Below are positions 36,401 to 49,525 of a stretch of 64,000 nucleotides of DNA, one piece after another (within the stretch, counting starts at the first letter, position 1; each line of letters starts with the position of its first letter). The position numbers and the translations under genes were made by a program. Where the stretch lies: positions 12,834,001-12,898,000 of the forward strand of contig NC_134025.1 of NCBI RefSeq assembly GCF_964204645.1, given 5' to 3'. The DNA comes from Tubulanus polymorphus. Taxonomy: Eukaryota > Animalia > Nemertea. A model generated the notes under the pieces. The model was not told the origin of the DNA, made no database searches, and worked only from the letters and a program-made list of their open reading frames with translations.

Positions 36401-38690
36401 TATTCCGCAAGACCTGAAACCATTGATAAGCATATCTGGTGAAATGCTCTGCCAAGCCTTGCGAAATATTTCGAAGAAGCAGCTTTTGTTTATCACTCTC
36501 CCCGGGTAATCATTGGAGAATTCTTGACATAAGCGGTTCCAGCTAGACTTTAAAGTCTTGAAACACGTTCTGTTTATGTAAAAATAAACCATTAATATTA
36601 TTGCTAGAATATACTACAAAGAGTTAAGAAAAGGATTGTGGTGTTACCTATCTAGGGGTTGCAGCCAGTGTGATGTATGCTCTGGCAACTCAACTAGAGT
36701 GATTTCGTTCTGTCTGGCTAATTCGACTAGTTCTAGGAAGTTGTGACTATTATGGCCATCTGAAATTAATATTTGTGGACGTGTTTGTCCGATTGCCGGA
36801 AGGAAGCTTTCTCGAAACCAAAGTGTGGCAATACCCTAGAAAATTCAAAGATAAAATACATTTAATGGTTAGAATATGGTGGATTTCAAATAATTGTTTA
36901 ATATTTTTGTTGTTTTAATAAATACCTGTTTAGTCCACCCTGTTTCTGAAACTGACAGAGTTGTTCCAGCCGGAGCATTTATCGAATCCACCGATTGCAG
37001 CGAAGCGACAGTTTTTCCTTTGAATATGACGTGTGGTGCCAGCATTTGCCCTGAGGCATTACCACACGCCATAACAGTAATCGTCTCCCGGTTTCCGCTA
37101 ATCCGTGACTGAACGTACTTGCTTCCTTTTCTGAAAAAACCAAGTAGGCCTATTCATTAAGGTATCAGCAGAGAATTGTAAAATTAAACTCTGTTTCTAG
37201 ATGATATATTAACAATAAGAATGTAGTTGTAATAAGATCAGTGTAATTGGCCAGTTCGTTACATCAAAAATCATCAATTTGCCCTACCTTGCTACGATTT
37301 TCCCTGGTACGTGGGTCAACTGAACCCCGGTTTCGTCAAGGTTCCAGATGTACATTGGCTGAATACCAGCCAATGCACTCTGGATGGCCTTGAAATAGCT
37401 GCCTACTTTTTTCACGTTCATGCACTGGTGCCTAACAGCAGCAGTGCCCTCTGGCTTTCGCAACGATACGCTTGGGTGTCTGGCTTTAAAGCCAGCCCAA
37501 AACTGGTCACTAGGAACAACCTACAGATATAAATACCGGTATATATATATAGGTTTTTTTAACTTATAGGCCTACATACCAAGCTGAGAATTAACAGATC
37601 ACAAGTCAATAGACATACCTCCTGGAATGGTTTGCCGCGTTTGAGTGCCAAATCACCAGCATACCTCAGAAAATTACTTTTCGAAAACCCATACCCCAAA
37701 TCAGCTCGGTTCTTTGCAAAGTCTGCAAGTTTTGTCTCATCCACCATGCTGAGATGGGTCGGCCTGCCTAATTTTGCTGTTGCATGACAGATTTTTCCAC
37801 TAACTCTATCATGCAGAGTTGATTTTGGTACAGAAAACTCACTGGCTGCTCTCAATATCGAAGAGCCAGATTTCACTGATTCAATCGCGTTGGTCATTTG
37901 GTCTTCTGACCATTTGCAATAAACCTTTGGCATCCTGGAAATAAAACCAAATTTTAAATTAATGCTTACAGAGAAAGGGCACTGTCCTCGGGCCGATAAA
38001 ACAGCTTAGGGTTAAGACCTTCAATTTGTGGTAGTTTTTCAATTTGTTTTAATTTTATTAGGCTGCTACAGTCATTAGCCACAAGGTCCAACTAATTATA
38101 GGCCTAAGCTTAAATAAATTCAATTTTAATCTAAAAAAGTTGTTTGTTGTTTTGAATTAGAAATAGAATCGTTCATTTCTAGGAAAAACAGCTGTGTAAA
38201 CATACGCAATAACAATTATACATTATTTCGGAACTTCCGAAATTACGTGGAGGAGCCGTGAAAGCTGGGTATGGGATTTCCGAAATTATGTGTAGGCGTT
38301 TGAGTTTTTGAAAATCGACGTTTATGTAACAATGAGCGTATTCCGATAGTAAATGAATGTTTATAAACAAACTATCGGCTTCCTAGAACTTCGCGGCAGT
38401 GTTTACGTATCGGCTGCCACGAAATGCCGTAAAAGCGGGTCGAATCAATAGTGTACTTACGTGACCGACTTTAGCGATTTGCCGCGCTGATTTCGTGTGC
38501 CAGAAAGAAATGCGTACTACGTCATCAAAATGGCGCGGATTCCCGTGGAATTCCCAGGAAATACCAACCTACTCCCCCTTTTTCAAATTTAAGCTAGTCC
38601 AAATAGGTATTCCCTCTCCGCGACCGCGGAGAGGCCGTAGAAGAAAACTTCCGAACTTATGTGGTCTTCCGAAATTACAGTGAGTTACCC
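33451..38690 (-). mobile_element. pogo-type (Tc1/mariner superfamily) DNA transposon
   Basis: TIRs GGGTAACTC...TTCGGAA; TA TSD (33449-50, 38691-92). Removing it restores the HINE sequence AAGGTAATGTCTTG. Confidence 0.92.
34594..37933 (-). pseudogene. Multi-exon HTH_psq/CENP-B + DDE_1 transposase
   Basis: W.EDQM..AI..V, VPKSTLHDR; catalytic [21 protein letters not shown]; GFRSCGIFPFN; several GT-AG introns. Confidence 0.88.
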
Positions 38691-39149
38691 TAATGTCTTG
38701 ATATTTGGTTTATAAATGCCCTAGACACATCTTCAGCCCAAAAACTGGCCCTATCAGAATCAAGATGGCCGACTGGCAGCCATTTTTGTTAGCCAAAATC
38801 AGCACTTTTACACATTTTCGAAGTTTACGAGGGAAATTTTGAAAACGCTTTGATCAATTACCTTGATCTTTCGATTATATTTGAATCTACCAAGGGCCCA
38901 TCAGCAAAAGAAAAATTGGGTCCATCTGACTCAAGATGGCCGTCCTATAACCTTTTTAGTGCCCAAAAATGTCAATTTTGGCCAGAATTCTAGGTCCTGC
39001 AGCTTCCTACTGGTTTGCCATTTCTCATTGCAATTTGTGATGGGTATTCTTTGTAAAGGAATGTTTCATACCTGAGACAGGTATTTTTGATCCGCCAATT
39101 ATGACGCAATTGGCGGCCATCTTGGTGTCATAAGTACTCATTCGTAGGT

Positions 39150-39770
39150 GGGAAAAAGTTTTTCGACATTATATTGATACCTAAGCATATTTTGTTACAA
39201 TTAGAAAGTGAATTAGAAAGTTGTAGCGTATAACATGTTCTATGATTGGGGTGAGTTTCAAGTTCATTGTTTTTTGTATATGGCCACCAGGGGGCGTTGA
39301 ATAATACAATATCTTAGTATTTCTATATTATATTCGTACCAATACATATTTTGTTACCGCAATCAATTGCAAAGTTTTGGCTCATGACATCATCTATGAT
39401 TGTGGTGAGTTTTAAGGAAATTAGTTATTCTATATGGTCACCAGGGGGCGTTGAATAGTAGAATAACCTGGTATTTCCTTATTATATTGGTACCTAGGCA
39501 TATTTTGTTACCATGATCAATTGCAAAGTTGTAGTTCATGACATGTTCTATGAATATGGTGAGTTACAAGGTTATTGGGTTTTGAATATCGTCACCAGGG
39601 GGCGTTGAATAGTAGAATAACTTAGTATTTCCATATTAAATTGGTAACAAGGCATTTTTGTTATCACAATCAATTACAAAATCGTAGCTGCTGACATGTT
39701 TTATGATTGTATTGAGTTTCAAGGTCATTGGTTTTTGTATATGGTCAGCAGAGGGCGTTGAATATTGAAA
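39150..39770 (+). repeat. 154-bp tandem array (about 4 units) in HINE A, each with a CTCF-like motif
   Basis: CCAGGGGGCGTTGAATA at 39287, 39441, 39595, and a variant at 39748. Confidence 0.9.
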
Positions 39771-42599
39771 CTGTTAGATTGTTGAGCATTTAAAACCACT
39801 TCCCAAGTGGGCATGGTGTCCCTGGACCCCTAGTTGCAATTTGAGAGTGTAAACATGTATTTTCACATCAGTATTACAATCTTACAATATGTGGATGATG
39901 CTGGTGTTTTGCAATATGAATTTTTATAGCCTACATGCGTAGGCTAGATATTTTAGAATAAAGCATACCGGTACCTTCAAATATTCATCTTTCAGCGTTA
40001 AGTATATCGCTCTCGTCATTCTTTTAACGATGCTTGACACAGTACTTTTTCCAATCCGATATTGAAATGAAAAGCTGCTGAAGGATTCACCTAAAATGTA
40101 TTCAATTATATTAAACAAGGCATCTTCATTGTGAAGTACAGTCAACCCCAGATGGATACATGTCTATGATTGGTTTTCCATAAGTAATGAAGTGTAATTT
40201 GGGAAAATCGCTATTCAATTTGCGAGTAGGAACGTATAAAAACAAAATTGAGACCCCTTCGTTTCACCTTGGAAAAAAAGTGGCTCCGTTTAGGCTTACT
40301 CGTGAGTAGGCCTAAACGCTAAACGGAGTCGCCTTTTTGAAAAAGCCTACCTAGTTTTTCATGGACTTAAATCAACTCTGAGGGGTTGGAGTGGAGTTGA
40401 GAGTTTGAATTCAGAGTGCTTACCTGTAGCCAAAAACTTCAATGTAATTCCTAGCCTCATTTCCGGGCTATTGGCCTTTCGAACGATCGTATTTTTTCTC
40501 TGGATGTGAGGCCAAACTTTCTTCAGGATCTCCAGAAAGTTCTCGGGGCTCATTCTCATGTACGTTTTGTACAATTCTTCGTCCTCTACGGACAATTCCT
40601 GTACTAAATTGTGATAAACAGATTGTTTATCACGATGCAGTGACCAAGGTTTCGTCCAGTAACGTCGATTTTCCCAGCGTAATCGACGACATTCGCGTTT
40701 TTTAAGCAAAAATCGCATAGGTGTGTCCGCTCTGCGCAGTGCGATAATATTCGCTGCGAAATTCGTCGCGAATAAATTCGCTGCGAAAATCGCATAGTGT
40801 GTTCCGGCCTTTAGCCTGGATTGCTTGATGAAAATGAAATAAATGGTTTATCTTGGCAGGCCAAACAGTTAGTAGGCCTATGTACGATATGATTGCGTTC
40901 ATCACTTTATAAACCTCAACATTTTAATTCATTTTAATTCAGTTTACAATTCAACAGTCATAGCATATTGTCATTCATCTTTATAGACTTTGATAACAAA
41001 GTTCCTTTGAATTGAATAACAATGGGTGAATTAATCAATTAAAACCGCTTTGTGGTAGGATTATAAAAGATTATGAGTTCTTGGATTATCTATGCGACTA
41101 CCCTATACTTTATTACCTTTCTACGAGATCTTCCTACGAGATCTTCCTTGCCTACGGTCCTAGCACCTCGCTTTACAAGCTCACATTCTAACTGATTCAC
41201 AGTCCATTGTTTGTATTTGCAATAGGCAGCCATGTTTGTTATCCTCATAGTACATGCGCGCCATCCATTAAGAATTAAATGAACTTCCCCATTAGCTTTT
41301 CTTAAATAGATGTGTCTTTACTTAATAAGTACGATATTGTTTTGGCAGCATTTTCAATTGATTGGTCTTTATCTCTGGAGATGAATTGGATGATAAGTTT
41401 CAACAGGGATGCTCGTTTCTCGAGAGTTTTTTCACCAGCATCTAAGGATTGTATCTTAGGCTCGTCTAATTTGATAAAATAGTTGTAGTTGTCTCGGGAT
41501 TTCGATTAATATGTTATTGAGCCCTGAAAATTGTTTTGTCTTCGTCTCCATCACAGATGATCAGTGTATTTTATTAATTATGATAGGCCACGAGCACTGA
41601 AATCTTTTTTCAGAATTGCAAATTTTTGAACTCTAAATTCGCCCTGCCTGCACTATCGAAGCAAAAATACCTCATAAATTGGGAAAGCTTATCCAATTTT
41701 TCAGAGAACTAAAGTCTTAGATTTTGAATAAAAGGCACATAGTGGCAAAAATACTTACTTTGAAGAGCAGAAATCAGACAAAATTGATATGTTGACTTCT
41801 GGGTTCTTTTAGTGCGCTGTACTCGGATTTGTTGGAAGTTACATGAAATCGACTCTTTAGTTCCCTAGATTTGAATGTTGTATACAAGTTGAGACATGTT
41901 CAGTTCGAATCCCATAATTAATAGCTGAGCTGCCGTAGTTTTCCGGACACAGCCTTTGCGGTATCTTTAAGCATAAGCAGGTCAGTCCGGCCAATCAGCG
42001 CACGCCATCGATTTTTAGATATTGATTGTTCCAATTTCTAAAATTTGTATCGTCTACGGTCGTGCTGTAAAGCATGAAAATTACAGAGAACAGACAGCAA
42101 ACCATTTAATGATGATCCCTTTTGATCTCTATCATGTTGTACCAGAGGGGAAAGGGGTTGAGTGAAAGAACATGGACGGATTGAGAAAACACCACTGCCA
42201 TTATTGTGTATATAGTAGGGTGGGGGAAGAGGGGACACTTAGGCCTTTGACCCCTCCTGCGTTCTTCATGCATATAAAAGTAAGTATGGTATATGGTTTG
42301 AATTTACATTTGATAGGTCCTCTCTATGACCCACATATTAATTTATCGTACCCCCTTGCAAATTCCCAGAAAATAGCAAAGGATGTCAGATGTCCCATCC
42401 TTGCCCCACTGGTGCTAAAACTTGAAATAACAGGTATTAATTGCTATAAACTACTCTCATTATATTATAAATGCTGTTATAAAACTTATAAACTTAAAAA
42501 CACCTAAAATCATTGTGTACAATCTTACCCCATGGGTGGGGCTAGATGAGAAATTTGATACGCATGCAAGTTTGTGATAAACGAAACTATAACTAAAAC

Positions 42600-44674
42600 A
42601 CTAACTAACTAATGAGTGCATTAACAAAGTACTTCTCAATAGTTCTAATTACCAGAACAGTCCATGCATTCGAAATCAGTAGCTCCACACCCATAGACAC
42701 CGGTGCATGTTTCGTGAAACCAACAGTAGTGACCTGACATTGGATCCACTCCTCGCCCTCATCATCATCATAATACTATCCGACCATGGAAATGTTTACT
42801 GTGATTACTGTTTCTGCACCGATGATGAATTTTTAGTTTCCCTTATTAAGTCGCTTCACTTGTTAAAACATTTTTCGTCCACCACAGAACTGCTTCTAGT
42901 GTGGCTTTCAGGTTTCTTGAGGTCAGCATGCTTATGCTTTTCTTTGATATTGGTATTTTAAAATCATCATCATCAGAAATTTTGATTATCTTAGTACCTG
43001 TCCAGCTGTCAACCTGTTCAGTTTAGATGCAAGACCATTTTCTCTTTTTTATCACCGAAGAATAAGTTGAATGAATGACTCAACCGAAATGCTTGTCCCA
43101 ATTATCCAGTGAATAAGAACTTTGGTATAAAATTGCCCAATATTCTGGGCTGCAAGACATCCTATGAGAACTGCAAACCACAGACAGAACCATATGTTTG
43201 AATAGTATCAAAAGGTGCATAAGAACTACCACAAATCGGCGGCTTGTGTTACAAGTATGATGTTATGCATCATGGCAACAAAGAAGACTGGACAATGATA
43301 ATTTCAAATTTGAACACATCTCGTTGGTATTCACCACTAATGCTATTGGACAAGACCAGCCCAATAAAAGAGCTTGTTGTTTACCTTATCATAAACCGCA
43401 AGGGCCCAATGATTTGCATTGTGAGCATGTAAAACAGACATATTATCAATGCAGCCAACATGTAGGAAAATGATCATTCTATCACATTGTTCAATAGTAC
43501 CAAAACTTTTTAAAAGACAACCAGATATTGACAGGGAAAATATCTGATTCATAACATCAGCAAACACATTGGGAGAGGTATGATTGATTAAAATGGCAAC
43601 TCTTTCTGATGGAAAATGTATTAATGACAACATTTCTTGTCAGTCTGTTCTTTTCATCAAAACATTTTCTATCAGAAAGTGTTTTGTTTCATAAAGGGAA
43701 AAAAGCGTGTCTTCATTGAAGTTTCAACTAATTTCTGCGGGTGCTGCTGCCTCCCTCCCCAATGTAGGCTTTATACACCAACCCCGTGTTTCTACAGATC
43801 GAGAAAAAATTTCTTCGGCTGCATTAGTCTCCATCACAGAGGACGAACCACTGTGGTTGATTGGACAGCAAGGCTTGTGTATTTGCTCGAAGTCTATGAA
43901 CTCTGGAATTTCTTGTCGTTTCTTCCATACCTCACACTTTTTACAATATCTACTTTTCATAATGAAGTCAAAGCATCTATCGACTGTCGACATCCTGCGC
44001 GATGGCTGTGGAATACACCATGCATTGACAAATGGCCCCGCTGATGCTAGGTACCATCAAATGAGCTGCCGGTTTCAACTAGTGTATCAGTATTTTCTTT
44101 GAGATCATGCACAGCATTTTGTATTGGCTGTTCATTGTTAAAATGTTCACCAAGCATAAAGACATGTCAATTGCTACGGTTTTTTGAAAGTGATCCGGGA
44201 AAATTCATGATGAATGACATTTTCTGCATAGCTACATCACCGAATCTCTGAGCTAAACGGGTTACCATAAATGTACTCTTGTTCTTATTCACAATAGCTG
44301 AGTCAGAAATCCTCCTGGAGGGATCCTGGGTTTCTTCAAAGTCAACGTTTTGGCATGCCATTTTGAAGTTAAGTGCAAAACCAAATCAACGCCATGGTTC
44401 ATAAACAACGTCAAGTGATGATCCACAATCAGAGCACTTGCAGTACTTCGTGAAAATCTCTCGTAATATTACCTTCAAGCGGATGGGCTTCGTTCTTACT
44501 CCTAATGGCAACCTGTAAACCGATGGATCTAGTTTTCAATTTGAAGTACTAATGACACTAGCTGTTGGTGTTTTTGTCTTCCGTGCTGGGGTTGTGTATG
44601 TTCGTTTCCCCTAAAGCATCTAGAAATTTGATCTTCTGCTCAAAGTCGTCCTGGGAACGAAATTGGGTTTCATT
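42600..44674 (-). pseudogene. Decayed Kolobok/Mutator-like transposase with possible Ulp1-like protease and Cys-finger remnants
   Basis: SRYCKKC...H.PCCPINHSGSSSVME..A.EIFSRS (43724-43993); HANHWALAVYD....LFY (43343-43633). Many stops; termini not found. Confidence 0.55.
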
Positions 44675-45044
44675 TTGAGTTTAGAAATGGGAATTGAAGA
44701 CAGATGAAAATTGATTGTGCATTGAATTTACAGAATTTTTGTTTGAATAGCAGTACGCAATTAGAAATTTTTGGTTTGCCCTTCAATGATAATTGCACAT
44801 TTAGCACAGGTGTCACAGACTTTTACATGATCTTCAGGTATTGCATGTTTTTGCATTATATGAAAGCAACATTCTCCAACATGGGGATATTACTAAAATG
44901 TCAAAGGAATATTGCACTTCTTCCTGATAGCAAGATTGTATACGTTATTATTATCAGTAGATAACTTCTAATATTCTGTCTACCTTATATGGCACATAAA
45001 TATTGGTTCTGGTAACTACTGTGCAATTATTGTCGACAAACTTT

Positions 45045-45356
45045 TTACTTCTGTACAGATAATCGTGAAACTTGTCGCAAATTGTCAAGTACAAGGCGAG
45101 ATACTTGGGATCGCAGTTTCACACTGATCGTACCATTTCTCATCAGATGGGATGTAGCCACAGTTCGATTGATCTTGATTCTGCCCTGTAGACTCTTCAT
45201 TGTGTACCCCTTTAACAATGTCAACAAAGGAGCAGTAATAGAAGCATATTCCTTAATTAATCTCTGATAATGCCCAGTGAACCCTAACCAGCTTTTCAAC
45301 TCTTTTTGGTAAGTTGGGCTTGGCCATGTTTTCACTGCTTCTATTTTTCGGGGCAT
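45045..45356 (-). pseudogene. Gypsy pol fragment (RT-RNase H connection)
   Basis: KIEAVKTWPSP...ELKSWLGFTGHYQRLIKEYASITAPL..LLK. Confidence 0.8.
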
Positions 45357-45519
45357 GTTTAGTCTGGGTCGTCATTGCTGGCATAGATTATGTCGAGGTT
45401 ATCATCATCGTCGTTCTAAGCATCATCAGTTTCACTATCAAATTCATATCCATTACTACCCAATGGATGCATTAACTTTTTATCCAAAGCATGGCCAGGG
45501 CACAAAACCGACTGCCAGA

Positions 45520-46650
45520 TGGTGATTAATAGTGGATTCTTGGATGTATTAAAAAGATATGAAGATGTTATGGCTGATCAGGGGGTTTTACATCCAAGAT
45601 TTGTTAATGACTAAATTCAGCAACTTACATATTCCTCCTAGTACGAAAGGCCAAAACCAAATGACTGAGGGCCAGGTTAACTTGACAGAGCAGATAGCTA
45701 AGGTAAGGATATATGTTGAGCAAGCGATATGCTGCATGAAACATTTCAAAAATATTGAAAACTGAATACCCGCTGAATCTGTTGCCAGAAATTGATGATA
45801 TACTACATACATGTGCAGCCCACCTCCACCCACCACTTTGCAAAAAGATACCTAAATAATATAATTATTAGCTATTATTTATATGTCTGTTGCAAGGTTC
45901 AGTGGTGCAGTGCAGTGCAAGTACAGTCTAATCCATTTAAGTTTATTAGGTTGTATATGGACTGGATTAATAGTATCAAGAATATATAAACTAGTTTATA
46001 TATTTTTGATATGTATTTATATGTGACTTGTCTATTTTCACTTCATCATTGTCGACTGGTACATTTAGGTAGCTTGTGCATGGCTGAGGAGAAGGGGATA
46101 CATAAAACTTAGCAGAGGTATTTACCTTTTTCTTTGGAGATGAAAATTTTCTTTTATTTCCAACAGAGATTTTAGCACCATCTAAATTACTGCCACCATT
46201 ACGAGACCTTTCGCTTACCTTATTAGTCTTAATAGATGTTACCTGTATCTCAGAACTCATTGGTTGACCATGCACAAAAGATGAAGGTGACTGGATATCA
46301 GGCAGTGATACATTATTAAAATCAGGAATAGAACAAGAGTTCTATTGACTATCAACTTGAGAGGAGACACATAAGGTGTCTCTATCATCACTTCTCTAAT
46401 TACTTCATGCATTTTGCGTGAGACTTGGAAATACAAATCTATCATAGAATCTAACGAATAATGAACATGTTTTCTCCCAAAATGCTATATTATATGGAAT
46501 GCATTCTAGGTGATAACCTGATTTTGTGTATACAAAGAAATCACAGAATTTTCTCCCTGTTATGCCCATTTTTCCTTGTACCTGTGTAAAATGTTTATGT
46601 GTTTGAGACAGCAACAGTCCATCTGCATTTCTGATGATAAGAACAGCTGG
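45520..46650. mobile_element. Second ISL2EU-like remnant: transposase 3' end (+) convergent with YqaJ 3' end (-)
   Basis: SGFLD...VMADQG, IPP..KG..Q, IAKVRIYVEQAI (45540-45790 +); QVQG.MGITG..FCDFFVYT (46405-46620 -). Confidence 0.7.
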
Positions 46651-46895
46651 AGAAAGTTGAGGGGGTTGACCCAGAAATACGGAAAGGACACTTAAAAAAA
46701 TACAACTATATAAGGTCACATCTGATATTTTTAACGATGCAGTTAAGAAGTCACCGATGCATTGAACCCATGATTACAAAGATTTAAAGTGAATAGAAAA
46801 GAACAAAACTAACATAGAGAGCAAGGAAACAATGGATGAAAAAATGAAGACATGCAAAAAATCAATATTGTTCATAGTAAAATGATTGAAAGTTA

Positions 46896-48210
46896 AATGA
46901 CTGAAAGTTTAGTAATCAGGTTTTGGTGTTTGGCTAAGCGGCATTCAAAGGGTAGCTTGAGAAACACGTCATCATAGTGTTGAACATTGAGTGCTCGCAA
47001 AAGCAGATGCCGATCAATCTTCATGGTTTATTCATTATCGAGTAATACAGAAAGTTGTTCGTCATTGATGCCAATGCCAACGATTGTAGAAACTAAAGGT
47101 TGTTCAGCGGTAACTTAAAAGAGAAATTATATATGAAAGAAGTTGAACAATTGATATAAAATATGTAAATCTGGATGTTTAATGTTTAAACAACTTACTT
47201 CGAATTCATCGGGTCGATTAACATTCAAAATGTTAGCCCCCTCGAACGAATCGTACATAACAGTCACGTCTTTCAATAAAACAGTGTCGCCGGTGTTTAC
47301 AGTGCATTCAGCCATAGAGTTCCACAACTTTACTTTCAGAGGTTCGCCTGATGTGTCTTGGATAGTGAGCTTCCTCAACTTGCCGCCTTTATTATACATA
47401 TTACCCTTAACAGTCAGCAAAAATATAATGGGGATATCAAGGTAAAGTCTATAATAATCACATTTGAAGCACCCCCTTTGAAATATCTGTGATCTGGGCC
47501 AGATCTTCAAGTTTGTATTAAAGGGCATATGGCCTCTAAATTGTAAATTTCACGATTAATAAACCAAATGATATGTTTGTATAAAAATAACAACCTGACG
47601 CCTGACCGATAAAAAAAGATTATTGAATAGGCGTTAATAAGTCAGTTATTTAATCTTTGCTTGGTTCACGTAGTTCACCTACAACCTGCAATCAGTGCTA
47701 TTCATGACATTATCTCTGTGAATAAACACAACCATATTTATCATAGCACGACAGCTACAGTATACAATCTCCCAACCGGATAAAATGCCATTTGTGAAAT
47801 GACTGGAAACAGTGAGCATTCAGCAGAGATGACGTCAGAAACACACACCTGCTTACATAAACAATAACAGTGAGCACGTGCAAAAATAGCTGGTTTAAAA
47901 GTCTTATAAATCAGTAAAGGCAGAACTAAAATTCAAAGCACTAGCATATCCATTATTTGTGAATATACACATTTTACAATAACTTGTACACGATATTTTA
48001 TTTATTGGGCATGTGACCATTCAGAAAGAAGGTATATTGAAGAAAACACAATATCCAGGGAATAAAAAACGTATGGAGAAAGGGCAAAAAACATATATAA
48101 GAAGTGAAACTTACAGAGGAAACAATGCCCGAAAACGAGACCTTGCGTTTACTTGGACTGGAAAGGATCTCCTTTGGTGGAAGAATAGGGTTGACAGGAG
48201 CTGCCAACAA
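46896..48210 (-). pseudogene. RPA70-like OB-fold ssDNA-binding gene, spliced
   Basis: LRKLTIQDTSGEPLKVKLWNS...GDTVLLKDVTV..., plus exons near 48210-48110 and 47115-46896. RPA-like genes are known Helitron cargo. Confidence 0.65.
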
Positions 48211-49525
48211 GTCAAGACGTCCTGACTGACTATCAAGATCAATTTCAGTCTCACTGAAATCTTCGTCATTATCTATACATTATAGATCCTCATCCTGATA
48301 TAAATTCAAATCAGTCATTGAGCTTGTTAAGTCTTTTTGGATACGTGATGTTAAGTTGTGAAGCGTAATCGGCAAGACACCAGTTTTCAAGAGCTTTTCC
48401 TCGTTTACTGTATCTCTCTATGACATTACCACAGCTGATATCTGATGATGTAGGATCTAGTTTTTCAAGATCTTCGATAGATTTTAACAAATATGTTCGT
48501 TCATCAGCTGGAGAAGTATTAATGAAAACGACAGCACGGGTAGATTTTGTTAAGGGTAACCCAAGGGTTAAATATGCAGCCTCCTGAGCACAAATTTCAA
48601 CACTATTTCAGAATTTGTAACCAATATGCCTTACTTTATTACGGATATCCATATTTCCCTCTTTAGCTTCTTTACAACCTCTTTAGCTTCCTTACAAGCT
48701 CTTTCCATTAGAGGACTTGTACCTTTCTGGGATTTATTAATGTATGAGACAATATTCATTGCAGTTGCATATGGGTCTAACACAAACTGCAAGTCAAGAT
48801 TAGCTTGCCAAGCAGATACGTAGAATTTTTTTGAAGTATGGATTTCCTCTTATATCACATGGATCTCTCTGAAGAAAAACTTTTGCCGTTTTCAATTTAC
48901 AAGAAATAACCTTAAGGTATGTTTCATTATCAAGGCCAAGTTTAGATAAAAATTCTGAAAATGAGATGTTCATTCCATCCTTATCTTCATTAAGAAGGTT
49001 GGAACCTTTCTGATGCAGTTCATCAAATCTAGCCTTTTCTTCTTGATCCTCAATATCAAATGGTTCTAGAATTGTAGTGTGTGACATAGGAGCCAATGGG
49101 AAACCAAATCGGCAAACAGGTTCATTGTACTTTTTACATGTTTTTGAGTGTTTATGCTTTTGTAGATTCACAAATTGTTCATTGGAGTCAGAAACATTAC
49201 TACTGCATGAGACAAATTGATCTAGCCATTCAGTAATTTCTTCATTTGATTGTTCTCCGAATTTAGGTGAGTCCTTAATCCATACTATCATGTGAATATG
49301 AGCTGACCCTCGCTGTTGCATTTCCACTCTATGAAACATATCCTGAATCTCTCCGATTGGATTGTGAGGACTTTTGAGGACATTTTCTATAAACGTGTGA
49401 ACTCTATGGTCGAAGAATCTAGCACAAGTAATAGGGTCAGATTTGATAAGTCGAAAACGTTGTTGCCAGTCCATAGCTTCAATATCATCATCAGAATAAT
49501 CAGTTTTATCAATTAATTTGCCAAG

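Larger units (their letters stand above)
33316..39835 (+). mobile_element. Helentron-associated non-autonomous element (HINE), family A copy 1, split by pogo
   Basis: 5' T-run, subTIR GCCCACTTGGGA with hairpin, (GTCC)n; central tandem array; 3' TCCCAAGTGGGC, hairpin GG.GTCC.TGGAC.CC, TAGTT. Inverted copy at 53153-54399. Confidence 0.88.
32003..40810 (-). mobile_element. PIF/Harbinger transposon 2, truncated, with nested insertions
   Basis: Terminus (A)GGCCGGAACACACTATGCGATTTT at 40810 flanked by TTA. Transposase exons 40718-40426 (YMRMS..F, LKFLATG), 40090-39973 (YRIGKSTVS) and 32105-32003 (WNYPFCIGALDGKH), cut by the LTR at 32002. Confidence 0.8.

Noticed and set aside
41590-41970. Kolobok-type terminus (...GTATCT|TTAA)
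   Set aside because: No matching opposite end found; too weak to annotate.
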